A DNA stretch of 61,383 bases from Candidatus Magasanikbacteria bacterium UBA922. Its GTDB lineage: Bacteria > Patescibacteriota > Patescibacteriia > Magasanikbacterales > UBA922. Numbering within the stretch: the first letter of the stretch is position 1; each line of letters starts with the position of its first letter. The translations under genes and the position numbers were made by a program. The stretch is taken from the NCBI GenBank assembly GCA_002293825.1, contig DBDW01000003.1, positions 1-61,383 on the forward strand, in the 5' to 3' direction. The notes beneath the pieces are model-generated. The model searched no databases. It was not told the DNA's origin and saw only the letters and a program-made list of their open reading frames with translations. Positions 9,153 through 17,529 of the stretch are shown one piece after another.

Positions 9153-10058
9153 ATGTTGCTTATTATTTCTATTATTTTGGCAGTGATATCGCTCATCGTA
9201 ATGGGGTTGATAATTTCAAAGCATTATCATCAGATTTTGCTTTTGAATGTAGACTCATTGCCGTTTATGCGTGAAGAACAGAAGAAAGATGAATTAATTC
9301 GTAAAAAAGCGGCGCAGAAAAGTTCTGCGGTACATGCACAGGTCCATTCAACTGTGGTTGCTCCAATCGTGATGTATGCTCGGTCTATTCAGAAAACCTT
9401 TCGACAGTTTGTAGGAAAGATTGAACGAAGAGCGATGATGAATGACTCTAAGAAGAAAATATCTGAATCTCCCGAAGAAGAGACTCGTCGTGAATTGGCA
9501 ATTCGTGAGCTTATGATCGAAGCCAAGCATGATGCTACGCAGGAAGATTATGATACTGCGGAGAAGAAATATCTTGCGATTTTGCGTCAAGATCCTAAGC
9601 ATATCGATGCGTATCATGGTCTTGCTGATGTGTATCAAAAACAAGGTCAGCTTATCGAAGCAAAAGAGACGTATCAATTTATTTTACAACTTAATCAGTC
9701 CGATGATCAGGCATTGGTGAAACTTGCCCAGATGTATGAAGATGAGGGAAGACTTGAAAAAGCTGTAGAATATTACGAGCAGGCGGTATTAGGTAATCCA
9801 CATAATCCGATTCGTTTTGTGAAGCTGTATGACCTTTTGTTCGAATTGAAGCATTATGAAGTTGCACTTGAAGCGATTCAGCAGGCACTTGAAATTGAGC
9901 CACAAAATCCGAAATATCTTGACAATTTTATTGAAGTAGCTATACTATTGAAGCGCAAAGATTTGGCGGACAAGGGATATCGTGAATTACGCATGATTAA
10001 TCCTGAGAATCAGAAGCTTCAATTATTCCGTCAGCGTATTGATGAAATTCAAGGGTGA
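9153..10058 (+). CDS. Membrane-anchored TPR-repeat protein
   Basis: N-terminal TM (MLLIISIILAVISLIVMGLII) followed by TPR-like repeats (AEKKYLAILRQDPKHIDAYHGLADVYQKQGQLIEAKETYQFIL...). Confidence 0.6.
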   Translation: MLLIISIILAVISLIVMGLIISKHYHQILLLNVDSLPFMREEQKKDELIRKKAAQKSSAVHAQVHSTVVAPIVMYARSIQKTFRQFVGKIERRAMMNDSKKKISESPEEETRRELAIRELMIEAKHDATQEDYDTAEKKYLAILRQDPKHIDAYHGLADVYQKQGQLIEAKETYQFILQLNQSDDQALVKLAQMYEDEGRLEKAVEYYEQAVLGNPHNPIRFVKLYDLLFELKHYEVALEAIQQALEIEPQNPKYLDNFIEVAILLKRKDLADKGYRELRMINPENQKLQLFRQRIDEIQG

Positions 10059-10124
10059 GGGGTGAAATCATATACTCCTCAGTCTGTACCAGTATTTCGC
10101 ATTTGAGAAATATATTTCTCTACT

Positions 10125-10197
10125 GCCGTCTTAGCTCAGCTGGTAGAGCAACGGTTTTGTAAACCGTCGGTCCGGGGTTCGAATCCCCGAGACGGCT
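10125..10197 (+). tRNA. tRNA-Thr (anticodon UGU); CCA not encoded
   Basis: Cloverleaf read by eye: acceptor GCCGTCT/AGACGGC, anticodon stem ACGGT/ACCGT, loop TTTGTAA, T-arm CGGGG-TTCGAAT-CCCCG. Confidence 0.9.
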
Positions 10198-10215
10198 CGT
10201 ATCTACAATTACAAA

Positions 10216-10297
10216 GGGTCGATTCCCGAGCGGTCAAAGGGGGCAGACTGTAAATCTGCTGGCTCAGCCTTCGTAGGTTCGAATCCTACTCGGCCCA
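10216..10297 (+). tRNA. tRNA-Tyr (anticodon GUA), long variable arm; CCA not encoded
   Basis: TTCCCGAGCGGTCAAAGGGGGCAGACTGTAAATCTGC closely parallels bacterial tRNA-Tyr. T-arm is GTAGG-TTCGAAT-CCTAC. Confidence 0.9.
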
Positions 10298-10300
10298 CAC

Positions 10301-10328
10301 AAAAAAACACTGCCATAGTGTTTTTTAT
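10301..10328. terminator. A/T-flanked hairpin after the tRNA pair
   Basis: AAAAAAACAC-TGCCATA-GTGTTTTTTT. The GC core is short. Confidence 0.45.
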
Positions 10329-10414
10329 TGTATATGTAAGATTTGATGCCTATGTTCGTCATATATGGAGTGTCTACTGTAGGAATGGTGTTCGTATGTG
10401 GAAGTTGGTAAGAT

Positions 10415-10939
10415 ATGAGTAGTAGCTGCGTCATATATATGGACAGTGAGAAACAGCAACAATTTCTCGGGTGTTATCATGAGACTGTTGAAACTCTGTT
10501 TCGGCATTGTTTTTTCCGAGTACACGATCGAGAGCGTGCAAAAGAATTGGTTCAAGAAGCGTATTGTAGGCTATGGGCACAACTTGTCGATGGGAAGGAT
10601 ATGCAGAATATGCGGGCGTTTTTGTATCGTATTGTGCATAATTTGATCGTTGATTATTCTCGAAAGAAGAAGATGATTTCTCTTGATGAGTTGATTGAAC
10701 AAGGTCTTTCTTTGAAAGATCATAGGATTGAACAGGGGGCTGATGTGTTTGATACACGTCGTATATATGAATTCCTTCGCACACTCTCAGTAGAGAATCA
10801 GACCCTTGTTATTATGAGATTTGTTGATGACTTGGGGCCGTCTGAAATTGCTACCGCACTAGGGATGAGTGAAAATGTAGTATCGGTGAGACTTAATCGT
10901 GTGATTAAAAAAATGAGAGCATATTTCCTACAAACTTGA
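10415..10939 (+). CDS. ECF-type RNA polymerase sigma factor (sigma-70 family)
   Basis: Region 2 is AKELVQEAYCRLW...FLYRIVHNLIVDY. Region 4 HTH is PSEIATALGMSENVVSVRLNRVIKKMR. An alternative start is at 10439. Confidence 0.8.
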   Translation: MSSSCVIYMDSEKQQQFLGCYHETVETLFRHCFFRVHDRERAKELVQEAYCRLWAQLVDGKDMQNMRAFLYRIVHNLIVDYSRKKKMISLDELIEQGLSLKDHRIEQGADVFDTRRIYEFLRTLSVENQTLVIMRFVDDLGPSEIATALGMSENVVSVRLNRVIKKMRAYFLQT

Positions 10940-10944
10940 TCTAT

Positions 10945-12141
10945 ATGAAAAAAATGTTTCAACACATGTATACGCAGATTGGATATACTCCACTTTCATC
11001 TCACGAAAAGGAAGTGATGAAAAATTCTATTTCTTCGTTTGCTGAAAATTATTCCAACGCACATCGTACACGAATGTACGTTCCCATATCTAATATATTA
11101 ATTTTTAAATTACGTCCTATGATTATTGCGTTATGTATCGCCTTAGCGCTCAGCGGTAGTGCTGTGTTTGCTGCTGAGAATGCTGTCCCAGGTGATGTGT
11201 TGTATCCAGTAAAGATTCATGTGACTGAACAAATTAGAGATGTTATTGAAATTTCTCCAGCAGAGCAGGCTGAGTGGGATCTCAAAAAAGCAGAGCGACG
11301 ATTGGTGGAGGCGCAAAAACTTGCTCAGAGAGGTGTCTTAACTTCAGATGAAGCTACTAGTCTTTCTGAACGCATTGAAATCTTTCTTGCTCGTGCAGAA
11401 GATGCGGATGGTTCAAAACGAGATGTGCGTGCAGTTCCTGTAGGGGCACATGTTCGAGCATTACTTCATGCTCAGAGTGATATTTTTGATTCGGTAGTTA
11501 CTACCACGGTTACGGGTACTTCTTGGATTGAGCTCAAGACTCTTCTGAACACGCTTAAAGAAAAACATGTGTTATCGGTCACTGGTACTACGAGTACGAT
11601 TGATGTGGGTACAGATTCTGAAATGGCAGCACGTGGTAAGGAGCGAGCAGCAGAACAAAAATTTGCTGAAGTACAATCATATATTACTCGAAAATTTCCA
11701 GATTTTTCGGTGAGTTCTACTGTGCAAGGCTCGGTATCGAGTACTTCTCTTGAAGCTCGGGTTCGTGCACAGATTGTACAGGCTCGCACATTGCTTTCTC
11801 AGGGAAAACAAGCTATTGAGCAGGGTGTGTATATGCGAGCTTTCTCATTGTTTAGTGAGTCAATGAATGTGGCACAGGAAGCAAAGATTTTAGTCTCGAC
11901 TGCTCGCGAACTTAATATTGAACTACGTCGTGAGCGCGCAGAGGAGCGAAGTACGACTTCTACTCGTGATGTTCCTGAGCGTGGTGCGGGCAATGCTAAA
12001 GACGATACCGTGTCTGATAAAGAAAAGGATGACCGTAATACTCGTTCCAGTACTCCTGACACACGAGGAAGTGAGCGTTCAGCTGAAATGAGAGTAGAAA
12101 CACCTGTAGGTGAAAGCTCGGTACATCTCCGAATTCGTTAA
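10945..12141 (+). CDS. Membrane-anchored DUF5667-like protein (putative anti-sigma partner)
   Basis: Overlaps or abuts the sigma gene stop. Has a single TM (MIIALCIALALSGSAVFA) then GDVLYPVKIHVTEQIRD and a long helical, charged tail. The track start at 10936 is TTG; the first ATG is at 10945. Confidence 0.55.
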   Translation: MKKMFQHMYTQIGYTPLSSHEKEVMKNSISSFAENYSNAHRTRMYVPISNILIFKLRPMIIALCIALALSGSAVFAAENAVPGDVLYPVKIHVTEQIRDVIEISPAEQAEWDLKKAERRLVEAQKLAQRGVLTSDEATSLSERIEIFLARAEDADGSKRDVRAVPVGAHVRALLHAQSDIFDSVVTTTVTGTSWIELKTLLNTLKEKHVLSVTGTTSTIDVGTDSEMAARGKERAAEQKFAEVQSYITRKFPDFSVSSTVQGSVSSTSLEARVRAQIVQARTLLSQGKQAIEQGVYMRAFSLFSESMNVAQEAKILVSTARELNIELRRERAEERSTTSTRDVPERGAGNAKDDTVSDKEKDDRNTRSSTPDTRGSERSAEMRVETPVGESSVHLRIR

Positions 12142-12144
12142 CAT

Positions 12145-12172
12145 AAAACCCCTCCAGAACGGAGGGGTTTTT
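12145..12172. terminator. Bidirectional intrinsic terminator between convergent genes
   Basis: AAAA-CCCCTCC-AGAAC-GGAGGGG-TTTTT. Confidence 0.8.
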
Positions 12173-12174
12173 AT

Positions 12175-12639
12175 TTATGATAGCTCTTCTATGTCTTTCA
12201 GGACTTCTTCTACGTGGGTGTCTGGTTTTACCTCAGTATAATGTTTTACGATTTTCCCTTTAGGATCTATGAGAAATGATTCACGGTTGATGCCCATATA
12301 TTTTTTTCCAAACATTGATTTTTCTTTCCATACACCGTAGGCCTCGATCACGTGTTTATCAGTATCTGCAAGAAGTGGGAAATTGAGCTTGAATTTTTCT
12401 GCAAATTTTTTGTGTGATTGTTCATCGTCTGCGCTTATTCCGAGTACATGTACATTTTTTTCTTTTAGCTCGTTTAGTCGGTCGCGAAAATTACATGCTT
12501 CGATAGTGCATCCAGGTGTATTGTCTTTTGGGTAAAAATATATAAGTACGTACATGCCTCTATATTGGGCGAGACTATGTGCTGTGCCGATTTGGTCTGG
12601 TAGGGTAAAATCAGGTGCTTTGGTGTGAAGGAGTGACAT
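12175..12639 (-). CDS. bcp: Thiol peroxidase / peroxiredoxin Bcp
   Basis: APDFTLPDQ and FYPKDNTPGCTIEAC (peroxidatic and resolving Cys). The start at 12639 gives a typical 154 aa. Confidence 0.85.
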   Translation of the reverse strand: MSLLHTKAPDFTLPDQIGTAHSLAQYRGMYVLIYFYPKDNTPGCTIEACNFRDRLNELKEKNVHVLGISADDEQSHKKFAEKFKLNFPLLADTDKHVIEAYGVWKEKSMFGKKYMGINRESFLIDPKGKIVKHYTEVKPDTHVEEVLKDIEELS

Positions 12640-12672
12640 AATAGGTAAATGTACTAACATGTTATATATGTA

Positions 12673-12701
12673 ACTCTATCACAGTGTTGTGGTGCTTGCA
12701 A
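12673..12701 (-). promoter_or_regulatory. Promoter candidate TTGCAA-17-TAGAGT for bcp
   Basis: Read on the minus strand in the 45-nt divergent intergenic region. Confidence 0.45.
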
Positions 12702-12705
12702 AAAA

Positions 12706-13317
12706 GTGCTTGAATATGTTATTTTCTCAGATATGAATAATGAAATCTATCAGCAATTGTGCATTTCACTTGAGGGTCTGAGAAGTGCAGGGAATCCCTA
12801 TTGGAATGCGGGACCTGCAACTATTGAGTTGCTTATTCGTTTTATTGAAAAAATTCCTCAGTGTCGTGTGCTTGAGATTGGTACTTCAAATGGATATACG
12901 GCACTTAGATTGGTGCCTGTGTTGAATAGGGTGAATGGTACTCTTGTTACCATTGAGTCGAATGGAGTACGTGGAGATCTTGCGGAGCATCATATGAAGA
13001 CGGCGGGAGTTAGTCATATGATACGCTTGATTCGTGGTCATGCTCCGGAGGTGTTTTCAGAGTTTACAGGCACCTTTGATATTGTCTTTCTCGATGCGAC
13101 AAAATATGAACACGAGGCATATGTGAAGGGCCTTATTCCATATCTTCGTGTAGGTTCTGTTATTGTGGCTGATAATGTACTATCTCATCACCACGCGATG
13201 GATTCCTTTGTTCGATATATGCAGGAATCACCATTATTTTCTACTGAATTAGTGTCGATCGAGACAGGAGTTTTGGTGAGTCGGGTTATTTCTATTTCTT
13301 CACAGATTTCCTATTGA
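12706..13317 (+). CDS. Class I SAM-dependent O-methyltransferase (caffeoyl-CoA OMT/YrrM-like)
   Basis: SAM motif VLEIGTSNGYTA, FDIVFLDATK and ADNVL. GTG start at 12706, alternative ATG at 12733. Confidence 0.7.
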   Translation: MLEYVIFSDMNNEIYQQLCISLEGLRSAGNPYWNAGPATIELLIRFIEKIPQCRVLEIGTSNGYTALRLVPVLNRVNGTLVTIESNGVRGDLAEHHMKTAGVSHMIRLIRGHAPEVFSEFTGTFDIVFLDATKYEHEAYVKGLIPYLRVGSVIVADNVLSHHHAMDSFVRYMQESPLFSTELVSIETGVLVSRVISISSQISY

Positions 13318-13342
13318 CAGGGGTGTGATAATTCAGTATACT
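13314..13342 (+). promoter_or_regulatory. Promoter TTGACA-17-TATACT for the tRNA-Val/tRNA-Thr pair
   Basis: TTGACA at 13314-13319 (overlaps the OMT stop), TATACT at 13337-13342, 18 nt before the tRNA. Confidence 0.65.
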
Positions 13343-13360
13343 ACTTTTCGCTATTCTATA

Positions 13361-13437
13361 GCGCGCCTAGCTCAGTTGGTTAGAGCATCTCGTTTACACC
13401 GAGAGGGTCGGGGGTTCGAATCCCTCGGCGCGCACCA
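13361..13437 (+). tRNA. tRNA-Val (anticodon UAC), CCA encoded
   Basis: Acceptor GCGCGCC/GGCGCGC, anticodon stem TCTCG/CGAGA, loop TTTACAC, T-loop TTCGAAT, 3' ACCA. Confidence 0.9.
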
Positions 13438-13520
13438 CTCGAACATGAACAATTAGCAATATTCAATTAACAGAAATCTTTTGTTAATTGCTCGTTGATA
13501 GTTGTTCATTTTTCATTCAT

Positions 13521-13593
13521 GCCGTCATAGCTCAGTTGGTAGAGCGCGTCCATGGTAAGGACGAGGTCTCCAGTTCAATCCTGGATGGCGGCT
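13521..13593 (+). tRNA. tRNA-Thr (anticodon GGU); CCA not encoded
   Basis: Acceptor GCCGTCA/TGGCGGC (one G-U), anticodon stem CGTCC/GGACG, loop ATGGTAA, T-arm TCCAG-TTCAATC-CTGGA. Confidence 0.88.
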
Positions 13594-13598
13594 CAGTT

Positions 13599-13628
13599 AA
13601 AACATCGTTAATTTAAACGATGTTTTTT
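13599..13628 (+). terminator. Intrinsic terminator after tRNA-Thr
   Basis: AACATCGTT-loop-AACGATGTT followed by TTTTT. Confidence 0.75.
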
Positions 13629-13705
13629 GTTGTGCATAGCATAGGTTCGGACCACTTCTCTTCCATACCTCTTTTCTGTTATCATTGAGGTATATTTTTT
13701 ACCCT

Positions 13706-15046
13706 ATGGCAGAATACCGCGAACACGATCCAAAACGAGTTGAATCTCTCCGAATGCAGATTGACTCCCTTATTCAGAATTACCTCAATCAGAAACCAAT
13801 TCCTGGTATTGCTGACTTTGCTGAAGTGTTTGGAGCAGAGTCCTATGTTGTCGAAATGAGGCGTCAGAAGGCGATAAAAATAGATATTAAGTCTTTTCGA
13901 GAAGAGATGGTTACACGTCTTCTTGAACAATCTGAATCAAGTGGTACAAACGTTGTACTCCCTAAAGTTTTTGAAATGCTTCCTCAAACTATTCTTCCCC
14001 CAGATGAAGGAGAAATTAAAACAGGAAGTGGAGAGGGGGTTGAAAAGAAGAAATACATTCCTCGAACTCAATATCTCATTGAACTTCTTTCTGAAATGGG
14101 GGAGCAATACGAGATTATCGGTGGTAAGAATACTTCAGACATGATGCGTGAGAGAACTTATTTTATTTTTCATCTTCCAAATTCAGAGAAAGCTATATTT
14201 GTAAATAATGAAGAGGGGAATACCACGTTTATCATCTACCAGATAAATTCAAAACAAGAAGCTATCGATCTTGCTGCGTTAACCAAAGATGAGATTCGGG
14301 CTAAAGAACTTCATTCGCATTCATTTGTTCAGGTTGATTGGACGGGGGATGAAGAAAGTTGGAAGGGGAAACTCTTTAAATGCTTGACAGGATCACCACA
14401 AGAAATAATAGAAACAAATTCAGAAGAAGGATTGACTCTTTTTGGTCTTTCAAAAGAACTTGGTATAACCAGACAATCGGCGCAGTTTTATGTTGATAAA
14501 ATTCTCCTTAACCATCCTGAGTTGAAGCCGAAGGAGGGTGTAGGTCTTAATAAACGCAACGTATTGCATTATTCTCGGAAACTTGTAGATAAAATAAAAG
14601 AAATTAAAAATCAAGAAGAAATTGCACCTGAAGACTGGGTTACTATAAAATTTATTTCAGAAAAAATTGGACGCTCAGATGTGTGGATTGTATCGCGTAT
14701 GCCTGTTATTTTGGAAAATCATCCGGAATGGAAGCCAAAAAAGAAAAGGATTGCAGGGCAGACAAGAGCGGGATTGCATTATCCGCCTAAAATTATTTTA
14801 GAGCTCGAAAAGCTTGCTAAAATTTTTGAAAAAGCACCTGATGGGTGGTTGCCTTTTGAGCGTATAAGTAAAGAATTGCATAAAAGTAAGTCGTGGGTTA
14901 AATCCCATGTTACCAAGATATTGGCTATTCATCCTGAATGGAAGTCTGAATTTTTTTTATCTATTTTCGACAGTCGGGTTTTGCAGCACTATCCACCAGA
15001 ACTTGTAGCTGAATTGAAAAAAAAGTTAGAAAATGAGGTTAAATAA
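13706..15046 (+). CDS. Hypothetical protein with three tandem 70-aa HTH-like repeats
   Basis: No recognisable family. The C-terminal half has 3 units of exactly 210 nt (see the repeat feature). The first ATG is at 13706; the track start at 13685 is TTG. Confidence 0.6.
   Translation: MAEYREHDPKRVESLRMQIDSLIQNYLNQKPIPGIADFAEVFGAESYVVEMRRQKAIKIDIKSFREEMVTRLLEQSESSGTNVVLPKVFEMLPQTILPPDEGEIKTGSGEGVEKKKYIPRTQYLIELLSEMGEQYEIIGGKNTSDMMRERTYFIFHLPNSEKAIFVNNEEGNTTFIIYQINSKQEAIDLAALTKDEIRAKELHSHSFVQVDWTGDEESWKGKLFKCLTGSPQEIIETNSEEGLTLFGLSKELGITRQSAQFYVDKILLNHPELKPKEGVGLNKRNVLHYSRKLVDKIKEIKNQEEIAPEDWVTIKFISEKIGRSDVWIVSRMPVILENHPEWKPKKKRIAGQTRAGLHYPPKIILELEKLAKIFEKAPDGWLPFERISKELHKSKSWVKSHVTKILAIHPEWKSEFFLSIFDSRVLQHYPPELVAELKKKLENEVK
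14426..15043 (+). repeat. Three in-frame tandem coding repeats (period 210 nt / 70 aa)
   Basis: Units start at 14426, 14636 and 14846. The shared pattern is W/L-x-[TP]-x3-IS[KE]E[LI]-x3-S-x2-W/F-V-x6-IL-x2-HPE[WL]K-...-LHY[PS][PR]-x4-EL-x-KL. Confidence 0.8.
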
Positions 15047-15104
15047 CTCATGTTTTTGTACAGTCTCAGTTCTAATGTCGTTGATTAATTTTATATAAAA
15101 AGTA

Positions 15105-15131
15105 ATCCCGAAGACATGGCGCCTTCGGGAT
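15105..15131. terminator. Hairpin between convergent genes (bidirectional terminator candidate)
   Basis: ATCCCGAAG-9 nt-CTTCGGGAT, with a T-run on the minus-strand side. Confidence 0.6.
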
Positions 15132-15140
15132 GTGTGGGTT

Positions 15141-16100
15141 TTAGGGTTCGTTCGCGTTATGTGGACGTAACGCGTCGTACCACTGTGCTTTTGTTTCTAG
15201 GATTTTATGTGGATCACCTGCGTAACGACGTTCGATGAGTGTGAATTGGGCGTGTATGTGAACGTGTGTTTGGCGCAGGTCTCGCTCTTGTTGCGTGAGC
15301 GCTTTTTCGAAAATGTTGTCGAGTTCGTGGTTGTAGTCAGTTCTGCTTACAACAATCATTTGATTGTGCTTCAGCTGCTGACTATCCTCGATTTCTTTGA
15401 TTCGCACTACCTCTTTTTCCAGAAATTTTTTGTATGCTTCGCCACCGAGTTTGGTGAGTAGTCTGTTTTCGAATTCATGTACTCTCACTTCTTCACGTGC
15501 GTACGCTTGACGATGTGCTGGATTGTGGTCGGGTGTGCGTGTCAGTAAAAGAGCGTGTGACCCCTCGTGCAGTAGTGTGATTCCTCGCCAGATGGCACTC
15601 ATCTTGATCGGGTACAGGATGATTGTCGGTGGGTCTTCACTGAATGTTGCGGTTTCTGTGAATCTTTCGACTCGTTCCTTGAGTACGACATCTTTTTCGA
15701 GGTCGTTTTTGGTGAGAATGAGCAGGGCGATTGGATATTCAGCTTCGATTCCCTCGAGAACTTTGAGGCTGTTTGGGCCGAAAGATTCTACGAGGAATGA
15801 ATTTTCACTGAGAAATTGGTATATCGCGCGTGCTTCAGGATCTTGGGTCATCTCGACTACCTGCCGGACGGCAGACATCCATTTTTGTTTTGCATCCTTT
15901 CGGCCTTGAAGTCCTTCTGACGGGAATTCCGCCTCAGATGTGGGAAGATCAGTGATTGGCTTTTTTGTCTGGATCGTCGCAGAGCTTTTGGTCTCTGTGT
16001 TCACGGGAGGGACACTTTCGTCTTTCTCTCGTGTCAGCATGTAGACAGTGAGTACCATGACACTGATTACTCCTATGATCCATCGTGTGTGCTGTTTCAC
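15141..16100 (-). CDS. Membrane-anchored hypothetical protein with HExxH motif (putative zinc metallopeptidase-like)
   Basis: N-terminal TM is WIIGVISVMVLTVYMLT. HEGSH is encoded at 15555-15569, followed ~25 aa later by VHEFEN. No family recognised. Confidence 0.55.
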   Translation of the reverse strand: MKQHTRWIIGVISVMVLTVYMLTREKDESVPPVNTETKSSATIQTKKPITDLPTSEAEFPSEGLQGRKDAKQKWMSAVRQVVEMTQDPEARAIYQFLSENSFLVESFGPNSLKVLEGIEAEYPIALLILTKNDLEKDVVLKERVERFTETATFSEDPPTIILYPIKMSAIWRGITLLHEGSHALLLTRTPDHNPAHRQAYAREEVRVHEFENRLLTKLGGEAYKKFLEKEVVRIKEIEDSQQLKHNQMIVVSRTDYNHELDNIFEKALTQQERDLRQTHVHIHAQFTLIERRYAGDPHKILETKAQWYDALRPHNANEP

Positions 16101-16176
16101 TACCTATCTCCTTGAATTTTGTTTTCTGTCGATTACCCTCGACCAGGATCCCTGAACCCTTTTCAGGGAATTGCCT

Positions 16177-16205
16177 ATACTAAACTGTGTAAGACTTTTT
16201 GTCAA
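16177..16205 (-). promoter_or_regulatory. Promoter TTGACA-17-TAGTAT for the HExxH gene
   Basis: Read on the minus strand. A 7-bp hairpin (16151-16169) lies in the leader. Confidence 0.55.
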
Positions 16206-16303
16206 TATTTCCTTCTATTTTAGAATTTTTAATTAGGACTCTGTAACGTGATGCATGATTTACTAATCAAAACATCCGTTTAAAGTGCGTTTTTTTGCTT
16301 TAC

Positions 16304-16332
16304 TTGACATTTTTTGTCTATTCAGGTACTAT
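16304..16332 (+). promoter_or_regulatory. Promoter TTGACA-17-TACTAT for rpmG
   Basis: TTGACA at 16304-16309, TACTAT at 16327-16332. Confidence 0.6.
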
Positions 16333-16362
16333 TTCCTTACTTCATTTTTTAGTATCGGTTCT

Positions 16363-16530
16363 ATGGCTTCCAAGTCAAAAGAGCGACAAAATAAGGTTAA
16401 GCTTTCCTGTACTGAATGCAAAACGGTAACTTATTTCAAAAATAAGAATAAGGCTATCAAAGAACGACTTGAAATCTCAAAGTTCTGCAAACACTGCAAG
16501 AAGCATGTAACCCACAAGGAAACCAAGTAA
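16363..16530 (+). CDS. rpmG: 50S ribosomal protein L33
   Basis: 55 aa: MASKSKERQNKVKLSCTECKTVTYFKNKNK...KFCKHCKKHVTHKETK, with a CxxC...CxxC zinc ribbon. The track ORF has a spurious 26-codon N-terminal extension. Confidence 0.9.
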   Translation: MASKSKERQNKVKLSCTECKTVTYFKNKNKAIKERLEISKFCKHCKKHVTHKETK

Positions 16531-16594
16531 TGTTGTCTCAAAAAAACGGCTCCCATCTGGGTGCTGTTTTCTATTATTTTAGATATGTATCTGT

Positions 16595-17446
16595 ATGAAT
16601 TATTATTTGCATGCATTGTATAAGAGTATTGTTGAGCCGTCGTGGCTTGCTCGACAGTCTCGTGAGATGGGAAAATCAAGTGTGTTGTTTGTGCTCACGG
16701 TGCTTGTATTATCGATTGGGGTTTCGGTGAGACTCGCATATGTCGATATCCCTCGTACAATTCCTATGCTTCAGGAAGTGATCGGTCGAGAAATTCCTGA
16801 TTTTACCGCACAGATTTCTGATGGAACATTGTCTGTTTCTCAATTGGAGCAGCCGTATGTAAAATATTTTGAATATGAAGATAGTGATGTAGTTATAGTG
16901 ATTGATACGACGACAAATACTACACGATTGGATACTTTTTTTACCACATCAACTGAGGTTGGTTTTTTGATCACTGCTAAAGGTATCGTGTCAAAAACAT
17001 CAAGTACGTCAGAAATTATGAATGAGCAACTTACTCGTTTTCCTAATATGACGATTTCAAAACAGGAAGTGGTAGGTTTTCTTGATTCCTTTAGTGGGCG
17101 TGGACAAGTGGTGCTTGCGGTAGTGACTACGGCATTTACGTTTTTGGTGTGGGGAATTGGTTTGTTGTTATTCATCATGATTTTCGCATCCATTGTGTAT
17201 GGATTATATCGGGCACTCAGTTCTCATGATCAGAAAAATCGGTATACCTGGCGACAGATTGTAGTGCTTTCATTATTTACATTTGTGTTGCCCAAACTTT
17301 CTGTCTCGTTTGCGATGTTGTTGTTTCCTGGAGTTTCACTTCCGTTTATTGTTTCTGGGGTTATGGGTTTTGCGGTTGCACGAGCCCTCGGAATACCTCC
17401 TACTCCTCGAGAAGAATCTCAGTCTGCGACGACACTTCCGTCATAG
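16595..17446 (+). CDS. Polytopic membrane protein of unknown function (possibly DUF1189-like)
   Basis: 283 aa: a TM, an extracytoplasmic segment, then 4-5 C-terminal TMs. The family assignment is from memory only. Confidence 0.4.
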   Translation: MNYYLHALYKSIVEPSWLARQSREMGKSSVLFVLTVLVLSIGVSVRLAYVDIPRTIPMLQEVIGREIPDFTAQISDGTLSVSQLEQPYVKYFEYEDSDVVIVIDTTTNTTRLDTFFTTSTEVGFLITAKGIVSKTSSTSEIMNEQLTRFPNMTISKQEVVGFLDSFSGRGQVVLAVVTTAFTFLVWGIGLLLFIMIFASIVYGLYRALSSHDQKNRYTWRQIVVLSLFTFVLPKLSVSFAMLLFPGVSLPFIVSGVMGFAVARALGIPPTPREESQSATTLPS

Positions 17447-17456
17447 TTTTCCACAC

Positions 17457-17485
17457 TTGAATAGTCTTTGGATATTCGTTATACT
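17457..17485 (+). promoter_or_regulatory. Promoter TTGAAT-17-TATACT for the GST-like gene
   Basis: Hexamers at 17457-17462 and 17480-17485. Confidence 0.5.
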
Positions 17486-17529
17486 GACTTTTCATGTATT
17501 TTAGATTAGTTTTATTGTTCTTGTAGCTT

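Noticed and set aside
16141-16158. CCAGGATCCCTGAAC resembling the reverse complement of the tRNA-Thr(GGU) T-arm (CCAGGATTGAAC), as a possible att repeat bounding the 13.6-16.3 kb islet
   Set aside because: It is in inverted rather than direct orientation, short, and interrupted by 3 nt. It is better explained as part of the leader hairpin CCCTGAA/TTCAGGG.
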